Assembly (NCBI GenBank): GCA_003138895.1
Contig: PLHJ01000012.1
Coordinates: forward strand, 137,070-201,069
Direction: 5' to 3'
DNA from: Acidimicrobiaceae bacterium
GTDB taxonomy: Bacteria > Actinomycetota > Acidimicrobiia > Acidimicrobiales > RAAP-2
DNA length: 64,000 bases
Of the stretch, positions 12,078 to 22,586 are shown piece after piece. Both the position numbers and the translations under genes were made by a program. The notes beneath the pieces were generated by a model. It made no database searches, was not told the origin of the DNA, and was given only the letters and a program-made list of their open reading frames with translations. Numbering within the stretch: position 1 is the stretch's first letter; every line of letters starts with the position of its first letter.

Positions 12078-13007
12078 GTGACAAAACTTGAGCCGCTCAG
12101 CAGTGCAACGGTCGAGGCCGTAGTTGCACTTGTGGTTGCACGACAGCGCGCTCTTGCGGTTGCACAACCTTTAATTAGTCCGCACGTCGACGCTGAATTT
12201 CTCGCGAGTGCCCTCCTCTCCGCCGCCTCCGACGTCCTGGTCGCGCTCCAAGCTCGTCAAGTTGTCGGGCACCTTCGAGGTACGACGCTCGAAAACGAAG
12301 TCTTTGGAAAGTCCGTGTGGATCAATCCAGAAGGATTGACCTATGACACCACCGACATTCTCGCCACGCTCTACAGCGAACTTGGAGCGCGTTGGTTGGC
12401 GAACGACGCAACGAGACATTTCGTCTGGGTACCAACCAACGAAGTTGACCGAGAACCGTGGCTCGAACTCGGATTCTCGTTTATGCACCAACGTGGAACT
12501 TTGGCTCTTAGCAAGGTGACGCCACTGTCACTACCCAATGGCTACACCATCCGTCGCGGATCTCTCGACGACCTCGATGCAGCCATTGAGCTCGATCTCA
12601 TAATCCAACGCGCCCAAGAACAAGGACCGAGTTTTTCGCTTAATTTTCCGAATTCGCAGCAACGAAACGAATGGACTGAGACGCTCGAAGATCCCGACGT
12701 CACTCACCTCTTTGTTGAAAGCAATGGCCTACCGATTGCCCAGTGCGCAACTTTCGCTCTTCCCCAACGCCTGGGTTCATTCCCAGAGACCGTGCATCTA
12801 AGTGCCGTAAGCGTTCGAGACGATCATCAGCGACGAGGAATTGCCCGAGCCATGGTGTCGTTTGCACTCCACCACGCGCGATCGCAGGGTTTCATTTACG
12901 GCGAAACGAATTGGCGCGTCACGAACCGCTACGCGGCTCACTACTGGACAAACTTTGGATTTACACCTACCTACACGCGTCTGCAGCGACGCGTGGGAAC
13001 TGACTAG
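12078..13007 (+). CDS. GNAT-family acetyltransferase (probable tandem GNAT)
   Basis: C-terminal QRRGIA motif A and N..A..YW...GF; start probably GTG 12078 (TACGGT 6 nt upstream) or 12072, not 11808, which overlaps the HAD gene. Confidence 0.8.
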   Translation: MTKLEPLSSATVEAVVALVVARQRALAVAQPLISPHVDAEFLASALLSAASDVLVALQARQVVGHLRGTTLENEVFGKSVWINPEGLTYDTTDILATLYSELGARWLANDATRHFVWVPTNEVDREPWLELGFSFMHQRGTLALSKVTPLSLPNGYTIRRGSLDDLDAAIELDLIIQRAQEQGPSFSLNFPNSQQRNEWTETLEDPDVTHLFVESNGLPIAQCATFALPQRLGSFPETVHLSAVSVRDDHQRRGIARAMVSFALHHARSQGFIYGETNWRVTNRYAAHYWTNFGFTPTYTRLQRRVGTD

Positions 13008-13489
13008 GCGATTGAGGCCTCAATCGCGCTCACGATGCTGTCGTCTTCGGGTTCCGTCTGGGGCGCAAAACGCTGCAGAATCGTGCCGTCGGGACCCACC
13101 AGAAACTTTTCAAAGTTCCAACGAATGTCGCCGCTGTAACCCTCGGCGTCGGGAAACGCGTTGAGTTCTGCGTACACAGGACTTTGATCGTCGCCGTTCA
13201 CCTCAATCTTTTCGAACAAAGGGAACGTCACGCCGTAGGTCGTCGAACAGAATGTTTGAATCTCTTCCGCGGTACCCGGCTCTTGTCCCAAGAACTGGTT
13301 GCAGGGAAAACCCACGACAGAAAAATTCTTTGCTTCGTACTTTTTTTGCAGTTTTTCGAGACCTTCGTATTGAGGCGTGAGTCCGCATTTGGACGCCACG
13401 TTCACGACGAGCAGAGTCTTACCAGCAAAGGAGCCGAGTGACGTTGGTGTTCCATCAAGGTTGTTTAGTGAATAGTCATAGAGAGCCAT
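13004..13489 (-). CDS. Glutathione peroxidase-family protein (Cys type)
   Basis: VNVASKCG, GFPCNQF, WNFEKFL. Confidence 0.95.
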   Translation of the reverse strand: MALYDYSLNNLDGTPTSLGSFAGKTLLVVNVASKCGLTPQYEGLEKLQKKYEAKNFSVVGFPCNQFLGQEPGTAEEIQTFCSTTYGVTFPLFEKIEVNGDDQSPVYAELNAFPDAEGYSGDIRWNFEKFLVGPDGTILQRFAPQTEPEDDSIVSAIEASIA

Positions 13490-13539
13490 GGCGTCACTTT
13501 AACGCCTGTGCTCAAAATCTGTCCCCGTAGGCTGAACGT

Positions 13540-14484
13540 ATGAGGGCAGCCGAAATTTCAAATGGATTACTCGTCATCGGTGAGGTGCTCACGCCCACGG
13601 CCGGACCCGGCGATGTTGTCGTGCGTGTCCACGCGGCGGGACTTAACGCGGCGGATCTCATGCAGGTTCGCGGCCACTACCCCGCGCCACCGGGATGGCC
13701 GTCCAATATTCCGGGCTTAGAGTTGGCGGGCGAAGTCGTGGCGTTGGGCGAAGGCGTAAATACCGTCGCAATAGGTGACCGCGTCTGCTGTGTTGTCGGC
13801 GGCGGAGCCCAAGCATCGCATTGCGTAGTTCCCTCCGAGCACTTACTCCTCGTACCTCCGAACGTTTCCTGGGAGGCGGCAGGAGGCTTTGCCGAAGCAT
13901 TCACCACGGCGTACGACGCTTTAATTACCCAAGCGGGCCTCCAAGCCGGCGAGCGCGTGGTCATATCGGGCGCGGCGGGTGGCGTGGGACTCGCCGGTGT
14001 CCAGATAGCTCACGCGTGGGGAGCGCATGTCATTGCGGTAACACGCGACGACGAGCATCACGAAACCTTGAAGCTTCTTGGCGCAGACGAAACAATCACG
14101 CTCGAACAAGTAGGCGACGTCGCACCCGTCAACGTCATTCTCGAACTCATCGGAGCTGCTCATCTTTCGCTGGCACAACGTGTCCTCGCGCCGAGGGCGC
14201 GTGTCGTGGTCATTGGTGTCGGAAGTGGGAGTCGAGTCGAACTCGAACTCTTGGTCTTCATGACAACTCGCGCCACGCTTACTGGTTCGACACTGCGCGC
14301 TCGAAGCCGCGAAGAAAAAGCCGAAGTAGCACAACGTCTTCGAACTGATCTCTTGCCTCTTTGGGAGCAAGGAGGTCTGGAAGTTCGCGTCGCCCACGTT
14401 TTTGCGTTCGACGACGTCAACGATGCTTACGAATCCTTCGCAAAGCCTGGAAAATTTGGAAAGATCATCCTTCGCGTTGCGTAG
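13540..14484 (+). CDS. MDR-family NAD(P)H:quinone oxidoreductase
   Basis: LNAAD, PGLE.AG, GAAGGVG, GKIIL. Confidence 0.9.
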   Translation: MRAAEISNGLLVIGEVLTPTAGPGDVVVRVHAAGLNAADLMQVRGHYPAPPGWPSNIPGLELAGEVVALGEGVNTVAIGDRVCCVVGGGAQASHCVVPSEHLLLVPPNVSWEAAGGFAEAFTTAYDALITQAGLQAGERVVISGAAGGVGLAGVQIAHAWGAHVIAVTRDDEHHETLKLLGADETITLEQVGDVAPVNVILELIGAAHLSLAQRVLAPRARVVVIGVGSGSRVELELLVFMTTRATLTGSTLRARSREEKAEVAQRLRTDLLPLWEQGGLEVRVAHVFAFDDVNDAYESFAKPGKFGKIILRVA

Positions 14485-14502
14485 GTAGAGACGATTCAAA
14501 CC

Positions 14503-14721
14503 ATGTCAGCACCCATTCGTCGCCCGCACGTAAGCCGCTGTGACCCTCTACGTCCCGATTACGAGGCCATCATTGCGGCGCACGAAGATGCGGTACTCAA
14601 TCATCGCCCCACGTACGTTGACCCAACGACTGGCCTCTACGTGTTGACCGCCGAGTCTCACGAACTACGCGGTGACTGTTGTGAGAGTGGCTGTCGCCAC
14701 TGTCCCTTTCTTGAGGACTAG
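14503..14721 (+). CDS. Small Cys-rich protein (DUF5522-like)
   Basis: YVDPTTG...RGDCCESGCRHCP. Confidence 0.8.
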   Translation: MSAPIRRPHVSRCDPLRPDYEAIIAAHEDAVLNHRPTYVDPTTGLYVLTAESHELRGDCCESGCRHCPFLED

Positions 14722-16238
14722 TGACCGATTCCCACGGGCGAGTCGTGTTGTCCAAGGTGATGGCGATCCACGTTCACGAGGAAGAAGAACGACGCGGCTC
14801 CCGCGAGCAAGATGAGAGAGCCAACGACAAAGGCCCGGTCATAGCCGTGGACCAGTGCTGCGTCGTGCAGCGCCACCGATACTGAACCATGGACGCGACT
14901 AAGAAGAAACGCGGAGGTGGCTGACACCGCAATCGTGCTTTGTAGGGCTGTGCCAAATGATCCACCAACTTGCTGGGTGGTATTGAGCACCGCTGCGGCA
15001 GCTCCCGTGTCGTGGGGTTGCAGATTGAAAAGCGCGGTCGACGATACGGCCACGAATGTCATGCCGAGCCCCAGACTCATGAGAAGCATGTAGGGCAAGA
15101 TGTGCGCGGTATACGAGCTATCCGCCTGCATTCGCGAAAGCAGAAACAATCCAGCTGCGGCCATCGTAAGGCCCGTTGTCGCAATGGGGCGGGGGCCGAA
15201 CTTTGGCAGAAACTGGCCCGCTGAGCCCGCCGAAACAATGATGCCTATTGAGAATGGCAAGAAGCAAAGTCCTGTCTTCACAGCCGAGTAACCGTGCACC
15301 GTCTGAAAATAAAACGTCATGAACAAAAAGAATCCGTAGAGCCCGAGCCCAACGAGCAGTTGGCTGACGTACGCTCCGCCTCGAATGCGGTCCGTAATGA
15401 GGCGCAGCGGCAAGAGAGGGTGACTCACTTTTGTTTCCAGCCAGAAGAAGAATCCGAGGAGTGCTGCGCCGCCAATCATGAAAGGCCATGCCTGAATTGA
15501 ACCCCATCCATCACTCGATGCTTGATTAACGCCAAAGACAATGGCCACCATCGCCACCGTCACGCTGATCGCACCGGGAACGTCGTATCGAGTGTCGCCT
15601 TCAACTTTGGATTCACGAAGATTGGGTATTGCCAGCACCAGCGCAATAAGGGCCATAGGCGTATTTACGAAGAGGCACCACCGCCAGCTGAGATACTGCG
15701 TGAGAAGTCCGCCCGCGATCAATCCAATGGCGGCGCCCACGCCAGAAAGCGCACCGTAAACGGCAAAAGCTTTGGCCCTCTCCTTTGATTCCGTGAAGGT
15801 CACTGAAATTAGTGACAGCGCCGCCGGTGCTAGCAAGGCGCCAAAGACACCTTGCAGAGCGCGAGCTCCAAAGAGCATGCCTTGGTTTTGGGCAAAGCCG
15901 CCAAGCAGCGACGCTCCCGCAAAGCCAGTCAGTCCAATGAGAAAGACCTTTTTACGACCCGCGAAGTCACCGATTCTTCCGCCGAGGAGGAGAAGCCCAC
16001 CGAACGTTAAGAGATACGCCGTGATTGCCCACTGATAATTCTTTGATGCAATGTTCAGTCCGCCCTGGGCGGCAGGCAATGCGGCGTGAGGCAGTGCGAT
16101 GTTGACGATTGACGCATCCAACACCACCATCAATTGGGCAATGGCAATAACAAACAGCGCGAACCACCGGCGAGGGTCCGGCGTGTCGGCGTGAACAACA
16201 TTGTTCATAGAAAGATCGTTTGTCGATGACGTGCTCAA
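14718..16238 (-). CDS. MFS DHA2-family (EmrB/QacA-like) efflux transporter
   Basis: LDASIVNIALP, GGRIGD.AGRK, about 14 TM segments; TTG start with GGAGG SD. Confidence 0.92.
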   Translation of the reverse strand: MSTSSTNDLSMNNVVHADTPDPRRWFALFVIAIAQLMVVLDASIVNIALPHAALPAAQGGLNIASKNYQWAITAYLLTFGGLLLLGGRIGDFAGRKKVFLIGLTGFAGASLLGGFAQNQGMLFGARALQGVFGALLAPAALSLISVTFTESKERAKAFAVYGALSGVGAAIGLIAGGLLTQYLSWRWCLFVNTPMALIALVLAIPNLRESKVEGDTRYDVPGAISVTVAMVAIVFGVNQASSDGWGSIQAWPFMIGGAALLGFFFWLETKVSHPLLPLRLITDRIRGGAYVSQLLVGLGLYGFFLFMTFYFQTVHGYSAVKTGLCFLPFSIGIIVSAGSAGQFLPKFGPRPIATTGLTMAAAGLFLLSRMQADSSYTAHILPYMLLMSLGLGMTFVAVSSTALFNLQPHDTGAAAAVLNTTQQVGGSFGTALQSTIAVSATSAFLLSRVHGSVSVALHDAALVHGYDRAFVVGSLILLAGAASFFFLVNVDRHHLGQHDSPVGIGH

Positions 16239-16333
16239 AGTAATTGCCCCTCCGGCGATCGTAAAAACAGGATGTTAACGGGAGCGACGTTCAATAGGAC
16301 GTTCTTCGTGTTACAAACCTGCGATAAAGCTAG

Positions 16334-17452
16334 TCACAAGAAGGTCGACAGCGGTGTGGTCGAAAGTCCGTGCGCTTCACCTACTGGTCCGTAGGTAATG
16401 GCGCCATCGACGACGTTTACGCCTTCGGCAAGAGCTTCGTCCGCACGGACGGCTTGCTTCCAACCTAAATTCGCCAATTCCAACGTGTAGGGCAGCGTGG
16501 CGTTGGTCAAGGCAAAGGTCGACGTGTGCGGAAAAGCACCCGGCATATTCGCGACACAATAAAAAATTGAACCATTGACTTCATAGACGGGGTCCGAGTG
16601 CGTCGTGGGTCGCGTGGCCTCAAAACATCCGCCTTGGTCAACCGAAATGTCGACGAGGACGGAGCCCTGACGCATTCGCGCTACCAAATCGTTGCTCACT
16701 AATTTGGGAGCCTTCGCGCCTACGACGAGGACGGCCCCGATCACGATATCGGCAAGAACGCAGGCTTCTTCGATCGCGTGTGCCGACGACGCCACGGTCT
16801 CAAGCGCTCCGCGAAAATGATGGTCAACTTGGCGAAGTCGCTCCAAATTTCGATCAAAAATCTTAACGTTGGCCTGCATTCCCACGGCAATGGTTGCGGC
16901 GGCCATTCCTGCGACACCCGCGCCCAACACCACCACGTTGGCGGCCGCCACACCAGGTACCCCACAAATGAGCGTGCCCCGTCCCCCACCCGCTCGCATG
17001 AGGTGATGGGCGCCCATTAACGGTGACATCCGTCCGGCCACTTCGCTCATTGGCGTAAGCAAAGGTAGCGAATTGTCCACCAAGCGCACTGTCTCGTAGG
17101 CAATGGCAACATTGCCAGCGTTTACGAGCGCATCCGTGCACGGCCGTGATGCCGCTAAGTGAAGATACGTGAAGAGCACCTGGTTCGACCGAGCTCCCAT
17201 GCGTCCATACTCAGCTTCAACGGGTTCTTTTACTTTCAACACCATGTCGCTGCTGGCCCAGACGTCATCGGCATTTGGAATGATTCGCGCGCCCGTTGCC
17301 ACGTAATCGTCATCTCGAATCGACGATCCCATCCCCGCATCACGCTCGACCAAAACTTCGTGACCGTTCGCCACTAATTCGCGCACGCCCGCGGGCGTAA
17401 TCGCGACACGGAATTCGTCGGTTTTAATTTCCTTGGGTATTCCAACGATCAT
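16334..17452 (-). CDS. ald: Alanine dehydrogenase
   Basis: GIPKEIK..E.RVAITP, LKVKEP, TYLHLAA, MSEVAGR, DQGGC, VANMPGA. Confidence 0.96.
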   Translation of the reverse strand: MIVGIPKEIKTDEFRVAITPAGVRELVANGHEVLVERDAGMGSSIRDDDYVATGARIIPNADDVWASSDMVLKVKEPVEAEYGRMGARSNQVLFTYLHLAASRPCTDALVNAGNVAIAYETVRLVDNSLPLLTPMSEVAGRMSPLMGAHHLMRAGGGRGTLICGVPGVAAANVVVLGAGVAGMAAATIAVGMQANVKIFDRNLERLRQVDHHFRGALETVASSAHAIEEACVLADIVIGAVLVVGAKAPKLVSNDLVARMRQGSVLVDISVDQGGCFEATRPTTHSDPVYEVNGSIFYCVANMPGAFPHTSTFALTNATLPYTLELANLGWKQAVRADEALAEGVNVVDGAITYGPVGEAHGLSTTPLSTFL

Positions 17453-17487
17453 TCGTGATCAGCCTCTCTATGGATGGAACTCTGATC

Positions 17488-18975
17488 TCAGTCAATTGTG
17501 TCGTACGCAATCTGCGGTTGCGAGAAGAACGGTTCCTTGTCAATCGTACGCTGTCGAACAAGTATCACCAGTGGTAGACCCATGAGCAAAATCACATCAT
17601 CCCAAATCGCCGACATGCCCGCTGACTTAATGACCTGGTAGCAAACGAATATCAAAACGGCGCCACCTATGAAGGGCGCAACAACCATGGTCAAGTTTTT
17701 CCACGTGCCTTTTCCAAGCGTCCGACGAAACGCCCACGCACAAGCGAGGCCGGTGATGCCGTAGTAGAACGCCACGAGCACGCCGATGTTCAGAACCAAG
17801 TTTTGGAAAAAGGTATTCGCCGACGTACTGAGCGTGGAGAGCAAAATTCCAAACAACGAAATCATCGCCAGCACCACGGTACCGAGAGCCGGAGTCTTGA
17901 ACTTAGGGTGAATAGTTCCAAAGAGCGCAGGAAACACTTTGTCTCTCGACATCGCGTACGAAATTCGCGCGGCCGGCAGCAACGTGGTTTGTGTCGTGGC
18001 AACTGTGGAGCTGAGTACCGCGAAGATCATCACGTAACTCGCCCACTTACCAGCAAATTGCTGACCGAAGAAAAACAGCACAGCGGATCCCTGGTTAGCA
18101 ATCTGCGCGGGAGACAACAGCATTTGAATCGCCACGATATTCATCGTGAATACGACGAGCAATAGCCACATCGCAATGATGCCGGCACGACCCGGTGTCT
18201 TACTTGCGTCCTTCGTTTCTTCGTTCAAATTGAGAGCAGTATCCCAACCCCAAAAGAAGAACACGCCTAACGCCAGACCTTGCGCTATCGCGCTCCAGCC
18301 GTGCAAGTGGAAAGGATCGAGCCACGAAGCATTAAACGACCTCGAAAAGTGCGGGTGCGAGACGGCGACTTTGATGATGCCACCGAGCGAGAAACCAATC
18401 ACGCAGACGTATTCAATGATCACCATGACCCACTGCGCGTTGGTGGTCCATCGAATTCCGTACACGCAAATAAAGGTGACCAGAATTAGCCAAAGCGCCG
18501 AAACAATGCCAATCGGACCCGCGCTGTGAATGGTGTGATTCGAGAATGCGTGAAACGCTGAGTGCAAGAACTGCAAGGTATACGTGCCAGCTAACAACGG
18601 CGCTGTCGTGCAAAACAACACCGACGTTGCAACTTGCACCCAGCCGTTGTACCAACCGACGGTTGGATGGACAACTTGGGAAAGCCACGAATAACTCGCC
18701 CCACAATTGGGGTTGCGGCGATTCAGGTGGAAATACGACATCGCCACAAACAGAACGGGAATAAACGACAAAATAATTACGGCCGGCGAACGAAGGCCAA
18801 TACCAACGATGACAAAAACCGCCGTTACCGTTGAGGCCAGCGAATACGCCGGAGCCACTGATGACACTGCTACTGCGGTCGCGTCAAAGAGATTCAACTC
18901 ATTGGCGCGTAATTCAGCTTCTACAGACTCTGGAACAGGTGCTCCGAATGGACCTGTCACGTCATCAATGGACAT
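17488..18975 (-). CDS. APC-family amino acid/polyamine permease
   Basis: APAYSL, FFFWGWD, about 12 TM segments, HPKFKTP. Confidence 0.9.
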   Translation of the reverse strand: MSIDDVTGPFGAPVPESVEAELRANELNLFDATAVAVSSVAPAYSLASTVTAVFVIVGIGLRSPAVIILSFIPVLFVAMSYFHLNRRNPNCGASYSWLSQVVHPTVGWYNGWVQVATSVLFCTTAPLLAGTYTLQFLHSAFHAFSNHTIHSAGPIGIVSALWLILVTFICVYGIRWTTNAQWVMVIIEYVCVIGFSLGGIIKVAVSHPHFSRSFNASWLDPFHLHGWSAIAQGLALGVFFFWGWDTALNLNEETKDASKTPGRAGIIAMWLLLVVFTMNIVAIQMLLSPAQIANQGSAVLFFFGQQFAGKWASYVMIFAVLSSTVATTQTTLLPAARISYAMSRDKVFPALFGTIHPKFKTPALGTVVLAMISLFGILLSTLSTSANTFFQNLVLNIGVLVAFYYGITGLACAWAFRRTLGKGTWKNLTMVVAPFIGGAVLIFVCYQVIKSAGMSAIWDDVILLMGLPLVILVRQRTIDKEPFFSQPQIAYDTID

Positions 18976-19009
18976 ATCACTTCCCTTCGTTTAGATAATT
19001 CGGCCGATA

Positions 19010-20437
19010 CTACATTTCAACGTTGTGCATCACGTGCTTAATTCGCGTGTAATCCTCAAATCCGTAAATCGACAAATCTTTCCCATATCCTGAACTCTTA
19101 AATCCGCCGTGCGGCATTTCCGCCACCATCGGGATGTGCGTGTTGATCCATACGCATCCAAAGTCAAGGTCGCGGGCAAATCGCATTGCGCGTCCGTGGT
19201 CCTTCGTCCACACAGACGATGCGAGACCGTATTCGACATCGTTGGCCCACGTCAATGCCTGTTCTTCATCACTAAATTGCTGAACAGTGATAACCGGTCC
19301 AAACACTTCGCTCTGAATTAACTCGTCGTTCTGGTGCAGATCAGCAATGACCGTCGGAGCAATAAAGTACCCCTGGTCGCCGACTCGCACGCCACCAGCT
19401 ACACCGCGTGCGTGCTTGGGCGCTCTATCAATAAATCCCGTGACTCGTTCGAACTGATTGATGTTGTTCACCGGACCAAGCGCTGCGGTGTCGTCAGTTG
19501 GTACGCCGAGCACCGTATTCGAAGCTTCGACCGCCAAGGCGTCAACGAAATCGCCGTAGACGTGAGGTGCCACAAGAACTCGCGTCGCGGCAGTGCAATC
19601 TTGTCCCGAGTTAAAAAATCCTGCCATTGCAATGGCTTCGGCTGCGGCCGCAACATCGACGTCATCAAAGACAATGACGGGAGCCTTTCCTCCAAGTTCG
19701 AGGTGTACGCGCTTCAACGATTTTGCCGCGGAGCTGGCGACTTCGATGCCCGCGCGCACCGAGCCCGTTATAGACACCATCGCCGGAACGCTGTGCTCGA
19801 TCAGTGCACGTCCCGTGTTGCGATCGCCACAGATCACGTTAAAAACACCTGGGGGCAGTACCTCGGCCATCAACTGCGCCATAAATAAGGTCGAAGCAGG
19901 CGTCGTGTCCGAGGGCTTCAGCACCATCGTGTTTCCCGCGGCGATCGCTGGCGCCCATTTCCACACGGCCATCATCATTGGGTAGTTCCACGGCGTGACT
20001 GCCGCGCACACCCCTATTGGTTCGCGGCGAACGTAACTCGTAAATCCGGACATGTACTCAGCGGCACCTCGACCTTCCAGCATTCGCGCCGCGCCAGCGA
20101 AAAACCGAATCTGGTCAATGAGCGGCGGAATTTCTTCATTCTTCGTGACCGCAATAATCTTTCCGCAGTTTTCAGCTTCGATGGCGACGAGTTCATCCGC
20201 CCGCGACTCGAGAATGTCGGCAATTTTTTGGAGCGCTCGGCTTCGCTCGGAAGGAGTTGTCCGTTTCCAAGAAACGAAGGCCTTGCCCGCCACGTTCATT
20301 GCGAAATCAATGTCCTTGGCGTCCGAAACGGGCGCTTCGACAAAGGCCAGTCCCGTCGTGGGATCGAGCAACTCGACGTACTTTCCGCTCTTTGGCGCAA
20401 CGCTCTCACCGCCAATGAAATTTTCTAAACGGCGCAC
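19010..20437 (-). CDS. Gamma-aminobutyraldehyde dehydrogenase (PatD/Prr-like)
   Basis: [35 protein letters not shown]; GTG 20437 after GGAGG SD. Confidence 0.9.
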   Translation of the reverse strand: MRRLENFIGGESVAPKSGKYVELLDPTTGLAFVEAPVSDAKDIDFAMNVAGKAFVSWKRTTPSERSRALQKIADILESRADELVAIEAENCGKIIAVTKNEEIPPLIDQIRFFAGAARMLEGRGAAEYMSGFTSYVRREPIGVCAAVTPWNYPMMMAVWKWAPAIAAGNTMVLKPSDTTPASTLFMAQLMAEVLPPGVFNVICGDRNTGRALIEHSVPAMVSITGSVRAGIEVASSAAKSLKRVHLELGGKAPVIVFDDVDVAAAAEAIAMAGFFNSGQDCTAATRVLVAPHVYGDFVDALAVEASNTVLGVPTDDTAALGPVNNINQFERVTGFIDRAPKHARGVAGGVRVGDQGYFIAPTVIADLHQNDELIQSEVFGPVITVQQFSDEEQALTWANDVEYGLASSVWTKDHGRAMRFARDLDFGCVWINTHIPMVAEMPHGGFKSSGYGKDLSIYGFEDYTRIKHVMHNVEM

Positions 20438-20646
20438 GTGTCCTCCACGATCAAAACCCAGTACCGACGGCGTTACGAAGCCCACTCTTTCAGAAAGATC
20501 CCGCCTATGCAAACGCTGAAACACAGAATTAACAATGAAATCGGACCGAAATGGACATTTGACGACGCTTATCGACGCAATATCCGTCTAGCATGTACTT
20601 ATCCGCAGCCGGTTCTCACCGTGAGATTCGGTTCAGGGGCCACACA

Positions 20647-21168
20647 ATGCCAAAGCGAACAACCAATCAAGGGACCTCCAAGGTTTCCGAGCGCACCGCC
20701 AGTGAGGCGGCGTCGTCACAAATCACGCTGGACGACATTGACCGACGGATTATTTCGCTCCTCCAAGTCGATGGTCGGCGCCCCTATGGAGCGGTGGCGG
20801 ACGACGTCGGTCTTTCCGAGGCTGCAGTTCGTCGGCGTATTCAACGTCTTCGCGACGCCAACGTGATGCAAATTGTCGCTATCACCGATCCATTGCAATT
20901 GGGTTACGGTCGCGAGGCTCTGGTCGGGATTCGAGTCCACGGTGACGTACGGCTCGTCGCTGACAAAATCGCGTCGATTAACGAAGCCAACTACGTCGTT
21001 TTGACGGCGGGCAGCTTTGACATCATCGCGGAGTTGCTCGCGGTCGATGACGACGACCTCGTGCATTTACTGAACGATTCGGTTCGAAGCATTCCTGGCG
21101 TCACCGAAGTCGAAACCTTTCTTTATCTGAAACTGGCCAAGCAAACGTTCTCCTGGGGGACAAAATGA
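20647..21168 (+). CDS. Lrp/AsnC-family regulator
   Basis: LDDIDRRII.LLQ.DGR...VGLSEAAVRRRI; C-terminal RAM domain. Confidence 0.93.
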   Translation: MPKRTTNQGTSKVSERTASEAASSQITLDDIDRRIISLLQVDGRRPYGAVADDVGLSEAAVRRRIQRLRDANVMQIVAITDPLQLGYGREALVGIRVHGDVRLVADKIASINEANYVVLTAGSFDIIAELLAVDDDDLVHLLNDSVRSIPGVTEVETFLYLKLAKQTFSWGTK

Positions 21169-22583
21169 CATTGCACGAAATAATTTCGGACGGCGTAGCT
21201 GCTTCGAACTCGTCACGAGAAAGCCATACGTTGTCCGAGCGTGCTCGGCGAAACCTCTGGCTCGAGGTGTCGCGCATGGGCGCGTATTCGGAGACAAACG
21301 AGATTCCGATCATCGTGCGTGGCGAAGGTACCCACGTGTGGGACGCGAACGGCAACCGATACTTTGACGGCATCTCTGGTCTTTTTACGAACCAACTTGG
21401 ACACGGGCGTCGCGAAATTGCCGAAGTTGCCGCTAAGCAGATGACTGAGTTGGGCTATTTCCCGCTGTGGACCTACGCTCACCCCAAGGCCATTGAGTTG
21501 GCAGAGAAAATTGCACAGCTCGCCCCCGGCGATCTCAATCGAGTCTTCTTCACCACAGGTGGCGGCGACGCGGTAGAGAGCGCCTGGAAGTTGGCGCGTC
21601 AGTACCACCGCCTGCGAGGCGATACCGATCGCTACAAGGTAATTAGCCGCGACATCGCGTATCACGGCACGACCATGGGTGCGCTCACTATCACGTCGCT
21701 CGACAGTTACCGAGAACCCTTCGAACCGTTGGTGCCCGGAGCAATCAAGATTCCGAACACGAACTTTTATCACGCCACTGAGTGGAACTCAGATTACGAA
21801 TCCTTCGGTCTCTGGTCGGCCCGACAAATTGAGGAGGCAATCCTTCGCGAGGGCCCCGACACGATTGCCGCAGTCTTTTTGGAGCCGGTGCAAAATGCCG
21901 GTGGTTGCTTTACGCCGCCGCCGGGCTACTGGAAAGAAGTACGCGACATTTGTGACCGGTATGGTGTCGTGCTCGTTTCCGACGAAGTGATTTGCGCTTT
22001 TGGTCGACTCGGAACATGGTTCGGTGGTCAAAAGTACGACTACGTGCCCGACATCATCTGTTGCGCCAAGGGGCTGACCGCGGGGTACGCCCCTCTCGGC
22101 GCCATGATTGTCTCTGATCGCCTCGCCGAGCCGTTCTTGCAAGGTGATACTTCGTTCATTCACGGATTTACGTGGGCGGGTCACCCCGTGTCGTGCGCCG
22201 TTGCCCTCAAGAGCATCGAGATTTTTGAGACTGAGCACATCCTTGAAAACGTGCTGGCGAACCAAGATTATTTTCAAAAGAGTCTCGAATCGCTATACGA
22301 CCTTCCCATCGTCGGTGACGTACGAGGAACGGGGTACTTCTGGGGCATTGAACTGGTCAAGGACCAAGCGTCGCGTGAAAGTTTTGAAGGTGACGAAGCC
22401 GAACGTTTACTGCGCGGTTACGTCTCGCCCGAGATGTTCCGACGAGGACTCATTTGTCGTTCGGACGACCGGGGCGATCCGGTTGTTCAGCTCGCCCCGC
22501 CGCTGATTTCGACTCGAAACGACATTGATTTCATGGTCGGAACGCTTCGCGAGGTCTTCGACGGAGCCCTGAGCCACATTTAG
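21165..22583 (+). CDS. Class III PLP aminotransferase (putrescine/omega-amine:pyruvate type)
   Basis: YHG, EPVQNAGG, DEVICAFGR, CAKG; 4-nt overlap with the Lrp gene. Confidence 0.9.
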   Translation: MTLHEIISDGVAASNSSRESHTLSERARRNLWLEVSRMGAYSETNEIPIIVRGEGTHVWDANGNRYFDGISGLFTNQLGHGRREIAEVAAKQMTELGYFPLWTYAHPKAIELAEKIAQLAPGDLNRVFFTTGGGDAVESAWKLARQYHRLRGDTDRYKVISRDIAYHGTTMGALTITSLDSYREPFEPLVPGAIKIPNTNFYHATEWNSDYESFGLWSARQIEEAILREGPDTIAAVFLEPVQNAGGCFTPPPGYWKEVRDICDRYGVVLVSDEVICAFGRLGTWFGGQKYDYVPDIICCAKGLTAGYAPLGAMIVSDRLAEPFLQGDTSFIHGFTWAGHPVSCAVALKSIEIFETEHILENVLANQDYFQKSLESLYDLPIVGDVRGTGYFWGIELVKDQASRESFEGDEAERLLRGYVSPEMFRRGLICRSDDRGDPVVQLAPPLISTRNDIDFMVGTLREVFDGALSHI

Positions 22584-22586
22584 TTC

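Noticed and set aside
20438-20646. Lrp operator in the divergent polyamine promoter region (e.g. GACG-N7-CGTC at 20574-20588)
   Set aside because: A single weak palindrome; not enough to call without comparative data.
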